A DNA stretch of 64,000 nt from Zygnema circumcarinatum SAG 698-1b. Lineage: Eukaryota; Plantae; Zygnematophyceae. Below the pieces are notes generated by a model. That model was not told where the DNA came from. It saw only the letters and a program-made list of their open reading frames with translations, and searched no databases. Location: the NCBI GenBank assembly GCA_037447605.1, contig CM074816.1, positions 759,873 through 823,872 on the forward strand, read 5' to 3'. This document shows, in pieces, positions 42,456-57,467 of this stretch (its first letter is position 1; every line of letters starts with the position of its first letter). Made by a program: the position numbers and the translations under genes.

Positions 42456-43623
42456 GTCTCTCCCCCCTTAAGCCCAACTCTTCCCCTGCCTCTCCTTTCA
42501 AAACAAGCACTGCACGCATGCGCTCCACCTGCATCAGGAAACCCGGAAAGGCGTTAAGAATGACAGAACAGACTTTTTTAAAATTTTAAAAAAATTCACA
42601 AAAAGAACAGAATGCAGCCAGCCTTCCCGTACTACTCCTGTCCAATCAATACACTCCCTCTTTGACCAGGAAATCCCCCTCATCTAAGCCCCGCGCGGCC
42701 CCTCACCCTCACCCTGCCCCGCGCTTGCCCGCCTCCGCCAGCCACCCCTCCAGCGTGAGTGCGCGCGTTCCTGCAAGGCTCGCCCTCCAAATGTTATTTT
42801 CGGCACCGCCAAGAGCACACCAGCCGGGCAGCCCACCAAACATTTTGCACCCTGCCCGCCCATGCGCGCCGGCTCCCGGGCAGACCAAAACATTTCTCCC
42901 CCAAACAGCGGCCGCCGCTTCCCAGTCTCCGCCCGGATTCCTCCGCCGGCGCCGCCGCCCGCCCGTCCGTACACTCCGTCCGTATACCTCCACCCACTCT
43001 AATCGACGGTCCGCCACGTTTCCCGCCGCAAAATTCGGCCTTTTCAACGGCTGGGATCTGCGACCGGCCCCGAATTCCGGCCGTTGGGGCGCCCAGCGGC
43101 CTCGCTGGTGCGGCCGGGCGGGCCCGCCCGCGCCGTCGACCGTTGACCGGCGCGGAGTCTTTCGAGGCCCCGTACGGACCGTACGGTCGGCCCTCGTGTA
43201 AGAACGCGCCAGGTGGCGGCGCAGCTGGTGGGCGCCCCGGGCAGGAGGGCGTGTCGTCACGCGCCAACGCTCCAGCTGGCACTACCACGAGCGGGGGGAG
43301 CTTGGCCCCTCCGCCCGCCACGTGGCCCCGAGCAGCCGGTGACGGGGCCAATCCGGATCACGGAATAGGGAAGTGGGCGGCGTGTCGGTGGCGCGCCTTA
43401 GGTGCTGACATGTAGTCATAGGTCGGTGGATAGAATAGGGAAACTAGGGGTCTAAGACCTACTGGGCTAGGGCCCTACGGTCCATTGGCACCCTAGGGGA
43501 CACTAGGGCCCTACGGTCCACAGGCACCCACTCACCTTTCTAGGCTCCGACTGAGCTCTCGGCCTTCGCCGTACGGTGGCGGTGGAGCTGGAGGGGGTAG
43601 GGTGTAAGGTGTAGGGTGTGAGG

Positions 43624-43660
43624 TTTAGGGTTTAGGGTTTGGGGTTTAGGGTTTAGGGTT
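43624..43660. repeat. Short plant-type (TTTAGGG)n telomere-like tract
   Basis: Four TTTAGGG units plus one TTTGGGG variant. Confidence 0.85.
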
Positions 43661-44624
43661 GGAGATCTAGAGGTCTGCTGATGGGCAGGCGGGAGGGGAG
43701 GGAGGAGAAGTGAAGGCCCAGATTTGGGCTTCTTATGGCCCTTGAGGCGACGGCCTAGAGGTTGGGTTCTAGAGGTTATGCTCTAGAGGCTAGGTTCTAG
43801 GGTCTAGGGTCTTTCAGCTTCTGAAGAAAATGATGCGCAAGGCTTCAAGGCGCTGAAAACAGTCGGCGAGATTGTCAGGAGTATGAGAAACGATACCTTC
43901 ACGTTCCCTTCTCTATTACTTAATTACTTTACTAATAAAAAGTAATGGGGAATGGCATTAATCTCACGATGGCGAGATGTTAATTAGGGGGACATGCGCT
44001 TACGCGATAAACCTGGCCAGCAGCATGGGGCAAGGTTTGCGCAGAAATGAAGGAAGCGTTGAACGAGCTAGGGTTGCAATTCCTATGAGTTGAAATCCTA
44101 GCAGAAAAGACCACCACAATAAATTCAGGGTATCAAAGTTGTCCATGGAGGAAGCAGCATTCCGTTACCAAACTTGCAGAACTGTAGAACAGTAGCCTTC
44201 CCATTTGTCATGTATAAGGGTCTAGAAATAGGGTAAAAACCTACGGTTTAGTATCCGATAAAACAATGTTGAAATGGGCTGTACTCATCCCTTCTTCACC
44301 CCGCAAGCTTCCATTCAAGAAAAGGTATCGCCTCCTGTACTGCTCCCGCAGCCTGAGAATAAAATTACCATGCCCCCCCAACTAAATGTCTAGAAAAGTG
44401 GTACTCTATTAAATGCCTTATGCCGGTTGGAATTATTGCTCCTTTTGTCGCTGCTTGGCTCGGGACAGCTGAGCATTGTACAGCGTCACAAACCCCCCTG
44501 TTTCCCCCCCTGTCCTCTCTCTTTCTCTCTGTCTCTCTCTCTCTTCACCTCCCTTCCTCCCTTCCTCCTCCCCTCTCTCCCTAACCCCCTCCCTCACTTT
44601 CTCCCTTCCCCCCTCCATGCAAGC

Positions 44625-47600
44625 TCAGGCTCCGCTTGTCTCTCCGCAGCAGCCGCAAGTGAACGCCCGAACTAGGCGAGGCCGCCTAGACCTCCGCTTC
44701 CTCATGACGCCTGCCACAGCGGAGGTGAAGGCAGAGAGAGAGGGGAAGGAGGGGTGCTCTTGGCTGTTGGAAAGGGAGGGCAGGGGAGCGGAAGGGATGC
44801 CCTTGGGGGGAGAGAGCGCCCACTGCATCGCCCATATGGCGAGTGGGCGCATGTAGGAGAGGGAGCGGAAGTGGCCCCGCGTGGTCCAGGCCTCGGGGGT
44901 CTGAAACCAGTACCTGTGAGAGAGCCATGCAAGGAATGAGGAAGGTAATGGATTTTGAACCGCGACTTGCAGAAACCCTAAAATTCCGTTTCAGTTAGAG
45001 TTTGCTGCATGGAACGAGCCTCACCCGTGCTCTTGCCAGCCTGCCTGATATATGCCGGCAGACGTTTTGAAGGCCTCTTCACGAAGGCCCTGCAAGCAGC
45101 GCAGGAAAACAACACATAAGAAAAGGGGGCGGGGGGGAATTTCGTACCGAAGCATGCTTGTCTATATGTGGGCACAATATGGGGTTTCAAACTTGAAAAA
45201 CTCGATAGGGAAATTTGTGTTAAAGGAAGCACTCTGTATCTCGCTGTTACTACCTATTTCAAGGACAAGCGTGTTCTGATTTCAAATTCCGAAAAGTGGA
45301 ACCTTTCAAGGCGTGAAACCCCCTAATGAATGACCAGGCATAGCGCCTCCAAGATGCGGTAAAGAGGACAACGGTTGTCAAAGCAGAATGTGCAAAAGGC
45401 TCGCAACGAGACACAAGAAGAGGGATAGAGAAACCGGGAGGGGAAAGCGGGAGGGAGAAGAGAGTGAGAGACGGAGAGAGAGAGAGAGAGAGAGCCTCCT
45501 GCACCTCATACAGCATAGCTGCGGCTGCGCTGTAAGTGACACCTGTCCAAATCTCCCGCGACTGCATGCAGGTCTTGTCCACCTGCTCCTCACCACCACT
45601 ACACATGAGATCTACATTCGACCAACTTGCCAGAAACTCAAGACTAGGAGCCTACAAAGCATAACCCCTGAACACCCAAAATCTATCTAGCAAGGAATAT
45701 GACTTTAATCTGGTGAAAAACGCCGACAGCTGCTTTTCAGCATTAAGAAAGCAGATAAAGTCGTGACTGTTCTCGAGCGCTACTCACTCGTATGCCATCA
45801 ATCAACCTTGTCAACGCAGTCAACATGTCATCCTCACCATCGTGAGCCCGTAATTCTTTCCAAATGTCCTCCCACACGTGCTAAAACAAAAGAACAAATA
45901 AAAAAAAAACCAACATAAACGACAACAAAAAGAGATTCAGGATTCAGGATTTCAGTACTTACCCTGCCGTCGGGATGCATGCCATTTACAGCTCCCATAC
46001 GCCCGTTTCCCACCTTCATAACATTGAATCTGTGCCACCACTACCTTGTTTAGTGCCTTGTTCCACACCTCAACCGTTGCAGTCCAACTTTCTCCCACTA
46101 TTACTATCTCCTTTCCTTTGACAACCTCTATCAACTTCAAATGTCACAAGCTCCTTCACACAATCTGATGTTTCTCGCCCGTCATCTCTCAGCTTATGCT
46201 TCTAATAGCTCCCCAACCCACATCTCTCTATAAGGTTCCAAAACAAAAGCATTATCATCGAGCTACTCACTCATAAACTGTCTGCAATGCCGAGCGAGCT
46301 TTGTCGCTGGGAAAGAGAGGAGGCAACCCGCAAGACCAACCATACCTGCACAAACCCAAACTCAAAGCTTATGAAAAAGCGGCTTCTGCAGAATGAGGAG
46401 GGAGGGAGAGAGGGAGGGATCGCTAAGCGCATCATGTATTGGCTTCGTTTCACCGGTTCTAGAGATGAATGGAACATCAAAACCTGCTAATGTACGACAT
46501 CCAGCTTGACAACATCCCACAGCTGTTTCTTGTCAAGAACAGCAATTACAAAAAGTACGAATGCATTGACAGAGAAATATGGACCGAATGAATGGCTGTA
46601 CGCTCACTCCGAGAAATTGAAGTCTACGATTTTATTGTAGTGTGCTCTTAATACTGCAAACGGTGATAGGAAGGGAAGCTCCCATATAACACAGAATGGT
46701 GAGTATAAGATAAGTATTCTACTAAGGAGGGCATAAATGGCATACCACTGTCCTGCCATCTGATCCGCCTGAATGGAGTTGCTGTTAGAACTGTCGTACT
46801 TGAAGTACCTGCCAACAATGCACAAAAACCAAAACGAAGAATAAAGACGAAGATATTGCAATAATAAACCTTCATATTCAGCCAGCAATACACAAGACTG
46901 ACTGCCCTATGCTTGCAGGCACTCCAAGGGAAAAAGGGAGATACGAATGATTCAGCTGTTCCATATACAATAAAAAAAACTTAAAGCCCTCTGGGTGTCT
47001 AAGACTTCACTCACTTGCCATTCCATAATTTCTCCTCATAGGCCACTCGACCCTGCGTGAACCCGTGCCCCCATCCACAATGGTCATTTAACCATGCGAG
47101 ACATAAGAAGTCAGCTTTGCTAGGGAGGGAGAGGAAGGAGGGAATGTCGGAAGGGGAGGTTGAAGAGAAACACCTTCTCGAGTAGTGTACGGAAATGTGT
47201 GGCAGCTTGAGGCTCCTTCATGAGGTCAGCATAAGCAGCAGCTGCTTGCAGGGCAGCTAACCACAGACCTCCGCAATACGCACTAACTCCGTGGACTGAC
47301 CTGCCCACATTTCCCCGTAGCTCTTCATTTAAGCTTTCACAAGAGGCACACTTTCATTTTCCTTCTCCAATACATTTACTACGCTTGTCACTGTGAGCCA
47401 CCAAACAGAGAGATGAACTACACGTCGTTAAGCGAGGCAGCAGAGAGTGACAGGCTTTAGTGAAGCATTGTTTTCTGGTGGCAGGGTTTATGCCAAAAAA
47501 TGTATTAATGTCTAGGTCCATTAGTGCTAAAAAGCTCCTATGTTGCTTTTATTCTAAGATGTGTGTGATAACCCTTCAAAAAGAATTGAAAAACCATGAA

Positions 47601-50600
47601 TGGAAAACTTCAGAAATATAAAAAATCCCCTTCTTCTCAACTAATGGTTCAATGTATTGGCATTTGCGTCCATAAGTAGCCACTAGCAGCTGTACAGCAA
47701 TCAACAGCGAGTTTATTACATAACGTCCCGTTCTTGCTGGTGAGATTTACTTTGATTGAGAAGCGAAAAGGACCCTACTTGAAAAAAAGCATGACCAGCA
47801 CCTCAAAGCTATCTCATACATGCCACTAATTCGAGGGATTCGAATTCAGATCAGCACATAAGCGCAGCAATTCAATTTGCCCAAAATGTACTTTGCAAAC
47901 ATGTGGCTGCAACCCAGATTGGTCTAATGCAAGCAGCATTCAAGGCTGTCGATAGGTCATATATACCAAGCATCGTAAGTTTGGTCAGCAAAGCCATCGT
48001 TTTCAATGAGGCCATCACCATCACGGTCGAATTGTTCCACATAAATCATTGCCTTCCACACCTGCAGGAGACCCCAAATTCATCTTATTTGCACAAGAAA
48101 CAGGAAAAGTGTGCATGTGCAAGCTCAAGACATCACAGACCGTCGCATTTCCTTCCAATAGCTTTCAGTCTTTTGTTGCTTCAGTATGTGCCCATCCAGA
48201 ATTTTGGATTGTCAATTCTAAGTATTTGAGTGGTACATGCCGGATTCATACATCCTGTAGATTGCCTTCGGACTGGGTTTAAACTCTCTTACTCGGCCTG
48301 AACTGAGATCATGGCAACAGCAATGCTAACGCCCTAGTGTGAGTGTGGGAGAACAAGCGACTAACGGAAGGGAGAGTGATGAACTGAGGGAAAGTGACTT
48401 GTGGAGAAACGAGTGATTAGTAGGAGAAGTAGAGCTTACTGCAGGCCACACAGCATAAGCGAATTGCATATTTCCCGTAGCCACCACGTCCCTATACACC
48501 TGCAAGAGAACTTTCCCAGCTTATGGAACTTTCCACTGGCAGTTCAACTATGACAATGAAAGAGAAGGCCGAGAAAACAAGGGGGACACAAATAAAGGCA
48601 GATGCGAACAAAGTTAATCCGTTCATGCTGAAGTGGTGAGTAGCACAGTTAAGGGATGTCAATCTGCTGCAAAGCGCACCTGAAGAACAAATTTACAATT
48701 GAGGTCTTTCCACTGACTTGTATCGTGAATATTGTAAGAATTGAGATGCAACCATGGATCACTATTGCCGAGGTCATGCGGCACGCTGCCTGCCACCTTT
48801 CGCACACCGTCCTTTCCATCCATCAAAAACCTCACTTTTTTGCGTTGCTGCTTTCCCATTGCCTCCCCACAAACAGGACGATGAAATAAGCTACACTACC
48901 CAGGCACTTTCCAGCCATACCCCGAAAGTCGCAAGTGAACGTCGGGGGCATATCGGCAAACATCGAAAACAAAACCTTGCCATTGGCCACAGTCCAACAA
49001 GCAGAGTTCAGCCTTAAAAAAAAGCTATGGGGTTAATGATTACTAACTGAAAGCAAGGGAGGATGAGTAGTGATCAGATGAATTTAGATAGCGCTGAGTA
49101 ATAAGCAGGTCATGATTGAAGGATGGCAGTCGGCAAGGATTGAGGAGCTGACCTCCCGAAGCGTTCCCACAGCAAAGTCCCTTTGCACAGAGAGCTCGAG
49201 AAGAGGAAACAGAGAGAGAAGTGCAAATGACGCGTAGAAATGAACATCATACCTGCGTACAGCGCCACATATTACCTTTACATACTTTGACGACTTTATC
49301 CAAGACTGCGGGTTGCCATGTTCAGCATTATCATGCGCAGCACGAAGAGATTTAAGCCTTTCTTTCACGACACGTACGTGCTGCAACAAGCGTAGTAGTG
49401 CTATTAATTTGACCCCTATCTTAAGCAACCCAAATCTCCTTCAATGCCATTCAACTTACGTGTTCCACATCACATACTCCAGGCCTTCCAGGTATAAAAA
49501 CTGTCCCACATTCTCCTCTCCCTCTTGCAGCAGCATTATGCCCGTACATGATTTCCAAAGTGGTACATCCGCGTCATTCTGACTTGCAGCAGACTCTGCT
49601 CCACTAATACTGCCTGAAAACAGCTCCACTCCTTGCCCCTTCCTTTCCCCGCTTCTCTTGTTTCCTGCCTTTACCAAAGGTTCATCCTCGCTCTCAATAG
49701 TCGGTAAGTCCGACTCACTCGCACTTGTAACAAGGATTTCAATTCCATGCTCGGGGGCATAGTTTACATCATCAATCACCACGGTTTCAAAATCGGTCAC
49801 AATATTCTCCAGACCCGGATTGTCCTGGCTATTTGGGTTCAAACCTGCTGTCACTGTGCTGTTTCTGCTTTGCTCAGCGTCAAAACCATTTCCAACTGAA
49901 TTATATCCCACGTGTATGTCACCCTCGGCAGAATTTATCGCAGTAGTCTGCTTCACTACCCTGCCATTTTTTTCAGTTTTCTGCTGTGTATTAGTCGAGT
50001 CTGACTCACGCAGTCTGAAAGTGTTTGAGGTGCGCTCAAATGGTAATGGCTTAGGCCGAGGGCTCAACCCTTCAGCTGCCCCTTCTGCTATTGGCAGACC
50101 TGCCATCAGCTCTGAATCTCTTCTGGTAATAGATGCTCCTAAAGACTGTTCATATGTGAGCTTTCTCCGCCACTCTTCAGGGTTACGTTCTTCCAACCTC
50201 GGTCCTCCGTCTGGAAATCGACAAGAGATCGAGACATTAAATGTATATTTCAATTTGTACTTCCTGCTTAAAATGATCGTTTAAACGCAGCTTGGTTTAC
50301 ACAATTATAGAGAGGTCTCAACACTGTGTCTGATAGATACTCTATCCCAAGTAAGCAATCACATTAAAGTGCATCGAAGTGCACGCAAGCATAAATACAG
50401 GCGGCATGAAAAAGTGTTTTTTGAGCATAAATGTCAGTATGTGTGTCTGTATGTAACTGCATGCAGGGCAAAGAACACACCTGTCCAAATAGTGCCTCCG
50501 GCAACAAGGTAATAGAGCTCGTTGAACAGCGTCACTCGATACCTGACGCAAGTTCCAACAAGCACCAAATGTGTTCACAACTAAAAGAACAAGTTTTCCA

Positions 50601-53600
50601 GCTCGATTTTGAACATTCCTTACATGCATTCCACGGATACCAGAATAACCCTCACTTCAGATTTTTCTAAGAACACGGTGCTGCCAAAGTCAACATAGGA
50701 TGATTTCAAGGACCCCAGGGCCGCTACATTTGTCATGCATTCTTCATCATTTACAGTTTGATAGCACCACCAAGTTGGCATTCGCCCGTTTTCGTCGATT
50801 TACAATCACAACATTTCACTGGACGGAGGGATGGAGAAATGGGCACAGAGAGAACCAAAAAGCAAAATTCCTAACAGGACGGTCAGCAGGACTCCTCCAA
50901 ACCGACTATTTTTTGCCTTTCTTGAGACCAAAGTTGCAAATGATTCATCAGGAGTATGTGGCAAGGGCACATAGTATAATGATTGAGAAATCTTCCCTCA
51001 CGGACGGATTCCCACAGTTCACAGCTTTTCAAACATTCGTTTGCTGAGACCTCCCCTCCCTCGCTCTTCATGACGAAAGATTCCTCCTTCCTCTCCTTAA
51101 CTGACAGCAAACACTGAAGCTCACCATTCGGGAAGGGTCGTATCATTAAGGATCGGAGTTTGCCATTCTTCAATCGCATCTTCCCAATGTCGGAACCCTG
51201 CACGTGGCAGCACCTTGCACTCCAATGATCTTTTCATCCGATGCAATGAGGATGCGTGCGGATGAATGACCCAAACCAGTCACTACTACTCAGCAAATTG
51301 AACGCAAGAGCAGTGAGACTTAAAATTTATTCGTGAACAAGAGTCAAGCTGACCTAGGGTTTTACTGGTCAACAAGGGCTTTTAACTCACCAACCAGGGC
51401 GTCATAAGCTAATTTTGGAGCTGCATTGCCATCTTGTCCATAATACTGCGTGTAGCGCCTGCAAAACACCCAGCAACAATCTTAAACCTGAAGGCCATAC
51501 ATCATGAAACTGAAACCCGCTCCTATAATTTGAAACTCTCTCCATTTTGTGTGAGAGAAGAAGGCTGCATTCCCTGTTGCCATAGCCAGAATGCATTACA
51601 ACTGCCATTCTCCGGCCAACCTACACAGCTACCTGTAGTATGAGCTCCTTCGATTGAACTTAATGATCGGAGAATCCCAAGCAAAGGAAAAAACAACTTC
51701 TCGCTTCCCATTGGCTGGTATTGTCACAGTCGCTGCAACAGCTGCACCAATGGCTGTGCCGCCAAACGATGGAGCTTTTGTGGCTCGAACATCACGCTCC
51801 TTTACAAATTTGCCATGCTGTCACAACCCCCTCCTACCCCTTTTCTGGTTTATACGAGTCCTGCCAAACTAATGGTCAGACCATCAGCAGATGATTGCAA
51901 AGATGGTGCAGCACTTTGACTGCTCTATGCCACGCTTCAGTCCCTTTCCATGGTTTCCTGCCACCACATACTCTTTTTTTTTTTCGTTTTTTTTGCATTC
52001 TCGGGTTTGGGAGTTTGACTCCCCCCAAAAGTTCTCAATGCTGCGCCTCTTTTGGCCTATCAAATGCTGTGCGCTCATAGGTATGGTGGAATGCACTACA
52101 AGATTTTATCCAATAGTCGTGTGGGATAATCCGCAACAAGGCACTTGCGTTCATCCTTGTACATTGCCATACACTCTTGTTACACGGTGATTTTCTCGCG
52201 TGTTTTGGAAAGCTGAAGCATTAAGGAAACAACAAAACAAAGCCTGCAAGAAACAACAACAAATGCCCTCCCTCCAAAGTGGCCTACCTGTTCAATTTCC
52301 ATCCACATGTCCCTAGCGGTACAGTCACCGCCTTGACCAGTTACAGAGAAGCGTGGACAGACTGTAACCTCCACATTTTCGGTCTCCAAGGCTGCAATAG
52401 CGAAGGTAACAGGAGCTCCAATCTTTGCTGTCCTGCACCTCATCGACACCACTGGGTTAGCATATCGTGAGAAATGCAGCTCCCACTTACAACAGTTCAA
52501 CTTAACTTTTAAGAGACTTTTAATGTACACAAAGGGCCCTTAAAGACAGGTTCGCTAGCCTTTACCGACAGGAAAAAAAGGACTTTTGGCTTGTATAGAG
52601 AATCTTGCATGTAGCATCCAAGATCCGTTTGGGCCTCAGAACCTACTGGAAGAGAAACTGCTTAAAATTTATTGAAGTCACAGCTTGAAGAACAAGACCC
52701 AAAGAAAAAAGAACATACCGATGATGCAGCAGCACTCCAGAAGCACACTTCTCTCTGCAAGTTTACATGAACAAACGAACCACCCAAAGCCCAAAATCAG
52801 GGTACCCTCTTATCGAAATGGATCAACGGCAATTTTGTTTTTTCTCAATATTCTAGCCACAACCTTTCAGAATTCTCTAGTAATTAGTATGCAGGACTCC
52901 CAATGATCACTGTTGAGAAAACCTGTGCAGGAAAGTCTCAGTGAAACAAACGGCCGACCTGAAAGGAGAATTATGGTGACCACCCTTCAGCATTGAGTCT
53001 CCCCCAATCGAATTCTGCAGAGACGAAAGGAGAGATAAGTTCAGCAGTAAGCAGCAGACTCTTAACAGTTTATGGTTACAATTATTACGGTTTTACCTTT
53101 TGTTCCAGCAGATGAACTTCATGGCAAGATGGAAAATTTACCGCAAATGTAAAAAGAAGCGTCACTTCCGCATCATCCTTTCCTGTGTTGGCCAGCTGTC
53201 ACCCGAAATGTCAGCAAATTCACTTAGTGGCGGTCAAAGAAGACCAGCAGAGAGGCTAAATGGGGAGGATTAACTTCCATTCTAAAACACCGACAAAACG
53301 ATCACATCACTCTGCAATAGGTCAACCGTTCGAAATAAGAAAAATCAAATTAAGTGACAAGTGGTAGCAATCCTGGAAAGTTAATTCATCGGCATTTTCC
53401 CCACAGGCAAAAGCATGTCTGTACGTACTGATGGCTTGGGAGTGCTCATAAACAACTGCACCCAATGTAACTACAGCTTTTGGCATGAACAATCCCCCTG
53501 TAGCACCTTTTATCTGTGGACTTCAAGCCAACAACGGTGGAACGTGGAATGTGTTGAGTCTCACACAATATGCGAAGACGCAGCTGGGAAGGCTGCTTTC

Positions 53601-56600
53601 TTGATAGTTGTGCGGAATAAAAGGTGATACTTGGCGACACGATATCGTCAACTCTGGGTCAGGTTCACCTAAAGGAACAGAGCTAAAAACCAAAGCGTGA
53701 GCAAATTGAACATGAATTTAAGGGTATCAAAATACAACTTGCTGTATCCCGATTCGTCCTTCACCATTATTGTTGGGATGGCACAGGACATTCACAGACT
53801 TGCTTACCATCGTAGATTGTCCATGAACGTGGAAAGAGAGCATGATACACTGATTTCTGCCCATCAAGGTTCCACTTCCAAGACCCAATTCCCCAGTGGC
53901 CTTCTTTTGACCTGGATAAGATGCAGATACAGGGAGAATTCAGGTGCAGGCCTGAAAATTGAAATTGCACTGGAATTGAAGTGCATATGCTCAATGAAGC
54001 ATAAGCTTGAATAATTGAACGATCTTTACACTAAAGGTGTCATTCAATGTATACAACGTAGACCGCATGAGCATACTGCCATACCATAATATTGAGTGAA
54101 TGCGGAAATGGCAGTGACAGTTACACGGGCAATGTAACTAGTATCATTATTCACCTCCCACTGGTGGCACAGAATACATAAGTTAAAAAACAAAACAATT
54201 GTCACACCTGTGGGTGCTGTCACAGCAGTTTTGACTACGAACGTTGGGTTCCCAGGTCAAACGCTTTACCTTAATTCCTTGGGCCGGCCTGGGTACAAGA
54301 CCGAGGAGATCTTCCTCTCATTTGGCCCTCCTTTATCACGAGTTACAAAAACCTAAGTTCAGAAGCACCGGTTTCATGTAAGGTGACTCAAAAGCCTTAG
54401 ATTCACCTCCATCCCAAACACAAGCAGTTTCTGGTCACTTCGAACGCGTAAAATTCAAGCACGTAACTTATTCCTTCCGCCAGAACATTATGCAGTTTGG
54501 TTTTCTTTAGGTGTGCTTGACGCATTGAGGTCGCTGTAAATCAACTTACAGAAAATTGGTCAGCCAGAACAGGCTCTTCCTCGCAGACACCCGGGACAAA
54601 TTGCCATCTTCGAAAGTCTCCACGAAACCCCCTTCCAATACTCCCACCCCTGCATGAGCCACCTCCATTACCATCTCCGCCTATAAAACCACAAGAACGG
54701 GAGCTTTGCAGATTTCTACCCTCCTACAAAGGCTACCGATCATGAAAATCAGATCTCCTAGGCAACGGCTGATGATGTAAGAAGTACTTGAATCACTACA
54801 CAAAATCTAAAATGTTCTGACTATGAAAGCAAAGCTCACAGTCAACTGCCTCGAGCATGGACAGAATGAGAATACCTGCAGCAACACTTTCTGGAGAAAA
54901 ATTCGTTCACCAAGAACTTTCACATGGATCAGTCTAAAGGCTCGCTGCTGACACTGACATCAAAATAACAAGCAGGAGAAGGCCGTGATGGTTAACTCAC
55001 CCAATGCCGCCGAGTGGCACCCCGTGGCAAGCGAGCGGCTTACTTTCACGATTGAAGGGGTCGATTGGCGGCACCTGCGGACTAGGTAAATCAGCAATCG
55101 TCAGTGTACTTGGGAGAAAGGTCAATCCATGAATGTGTGAACCACAGCATCGGCTAATGACCTCGTAACTTTACTATTTTTCAGAAAAGCATTCGAGTGT
55201 TATACTTTTCACTACTCACCATGTGAACCTTCCCGTGTACACCATTCACGTTTCACTAAGTTCACTTTCTCATACATCTAGTCATTTGTGCATCCTCAAA
55301 GTACCATGCTCTCTGTGTTTCTAGCCATAGATTTAGTCAGACACACTATTCAGTCATCAATACACTCTTTCCCTACAGCAACAAGCCGTCACAATGTTCG
55401 TGATTTTTTTCTTTCTTGCAGAGATGTGGACTTTCCACGTGGTCATGCCCCTGTTCCTCTCCTTATGCAAAAATTCTACGACATGCTCAGAAAACCTCCC
55501 CTGCCGTCAGGACTGGGGTTGCAAAGCGTGAGGGACGAGGCGGGTATGAAGCCTCACCCTACCCTCTCTTTTCTCCTCGTTCACGTAGGACCACATTCGC
55601 AAGCCTAGTCTTGCCTGCATTGCACCAAAAGCAACGCGAAATGTCATGATAACAGTAAGCATCTAACTCTTTTACCAACGAAAAGGCATGCAAGGAGCCA
55701 TGGCCATGGGCAAAGGTGGACGATTCGTCTGCAAATGAGCCGTCAGACAGAAACTGTTAACCATTTCGAAAGCATACAGGCCATCAATATTGCCTCCAAA
55801 GGCTTACCGACAACCCCAACGCTAAAGCAGAGTTTTGGGGATCGAAAGACCGCCAGCTGGAGCATGCTCACCATTTGCATGGCCTCATAGAAAGTGACTG
55901 AAAACTCTCTGACTTGGTTGGCGTGAGAGTTGAGGGTTCGTCGCCATGCAAGCTCTGGAGGGGCACCAGAGGACTTGTCCAACTGTTCAAGGAACAACAA
56001 TCCTGACCTCCCTTTCAGGAACAGCTTTAAAATGTTCTGATGCAGTGCTGCAAGGAATTCCACATGATCAAAGAAGAAACGGCTGAACCTCACAAATTCG
56101 GCAGCGCAGAACTGTACTGTGCATACAAGTAATCATAAATCTCCTAAAACGAACAGTGGAGGTAGTGCAAAAACTCCCAGTAGAGCATGTAACAGAAAAA
56201 AGGTGACAAGCATAGAATGTCGATAAAGAAGAACACTCTAGCAGGAGAGCATTCTCATGAAGGTTTCCTGAAAACTTCCCAAAGATGAAGTTCCCATCTC
56301 CTTATGATGTCTCATGCCAACTTGGTTCAATAAAATTCCTTAACTACTACTGGCTGTATGCATTCCCTACTTGGTACACGACCCCGGAGAGCTGCTGCAA
56401 TGCTGAACTGAACTGCGATTACCCAAAACGTCCAGACTCTGCACTTGCAATCTGATCATATGGAACGAAAGGTACTCTGACATTCTCCGTCCAAAGAATG
56501 TGCATTACATCCAATGAAACTGCTTATTTTTTGACGATGATATGAATTGTGTCAGCCTAATTATATTAAATCTCGGTGTAGGAGACTACGAGAAATTAAT

Positions 56601-57066
56601 CAAAGAGAATTTCCTGTAAAAAAGTGAGTTGGTTAAGAAAACTAAAGGCCTTCCTCAAAAACAAATTAGGAAACATTCTGGCATAATCTGAAAAGACGTA
56701 CGCATATACTTCGTCGTTTCCTTTAATCACAACTGAGTGGATTTGCATTTTGGAATGTTTACTTTACTTCATTTAACCTTTAGTCCATAGTTGCCTGCTC
56801 GAATGAATACTGAGCACGTCGGTTCATGAAACAGACAGTATGCCATTGCAACAGAAGTCCCGGCGGAAAACCTGAAAAGGAATTTGAGATGCCGGATCAA
56901 GGTTTAGAAAACCCTGCCATAGGAAACCTGCACTCGCCTGAACAGTTGGCCCTTTCGTGAAGAAGCTCAGCGGATTGGACCGTGAGTTCCGGCGTGAGTG
57001 CCGCGGCGAGAGGAGAATGGGTGAGAGCTCCTCTGAAGTGCGGCGAGGCGGCAGCTCTGACGCCAT
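44625..57066 (-). CDS. GBA2: Non-lysosomal glucosylceramidase (GH116)
   Basis: [31 protein letters not shown] (about 55830-55980); [28 protein letters not shown]; [19 protein letters not shown]; RYTQYYG; [19 protein letters not shown]|[11 protein letters not shown]; [11 protein letters not shown]; [10 protein letters not shown]; YWFQTPEAW...[14 protein letters not shown]. Stop at 44625. The 5' start at 57066 is tentative. Confidence 0.92.
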
Positions 57067-57467
57067 GGTTCAGCGTCTGCAGGCTTCCGCGAAACGAAAA
57101 ACAGTGCGGGCGCCTCAGACGGCGTCCCTGCATTCCGACGCTGACCCCCGCGCCCTCCTCGCTCCGGCGACGCACAGCGCTGCCGCCGTCTCCCTCACCG
57201 CCATTGCTGTCCTGCAACTCCGTGGCCACAGCGGTTGTCCGGGACTGAAGCAGGCAGGCAAGCAAGCAAGCAAGAAAGCAGACATGTAGGCAGGCAGGGA
57301 AGCAAGCACCGGCAGGCACTGGCAGGTGGCAGGACGGACGGGCGGACGGGCGGTCGGGCAGACGGACGGATGGACGGACGGACGGACGCAGGGCAGCTTT
57401 TCGGTACGGTACCGTACAGTACGGTACCGTACAGTACGGTACCGCAGCAAACGTCATAAGCCGGATA

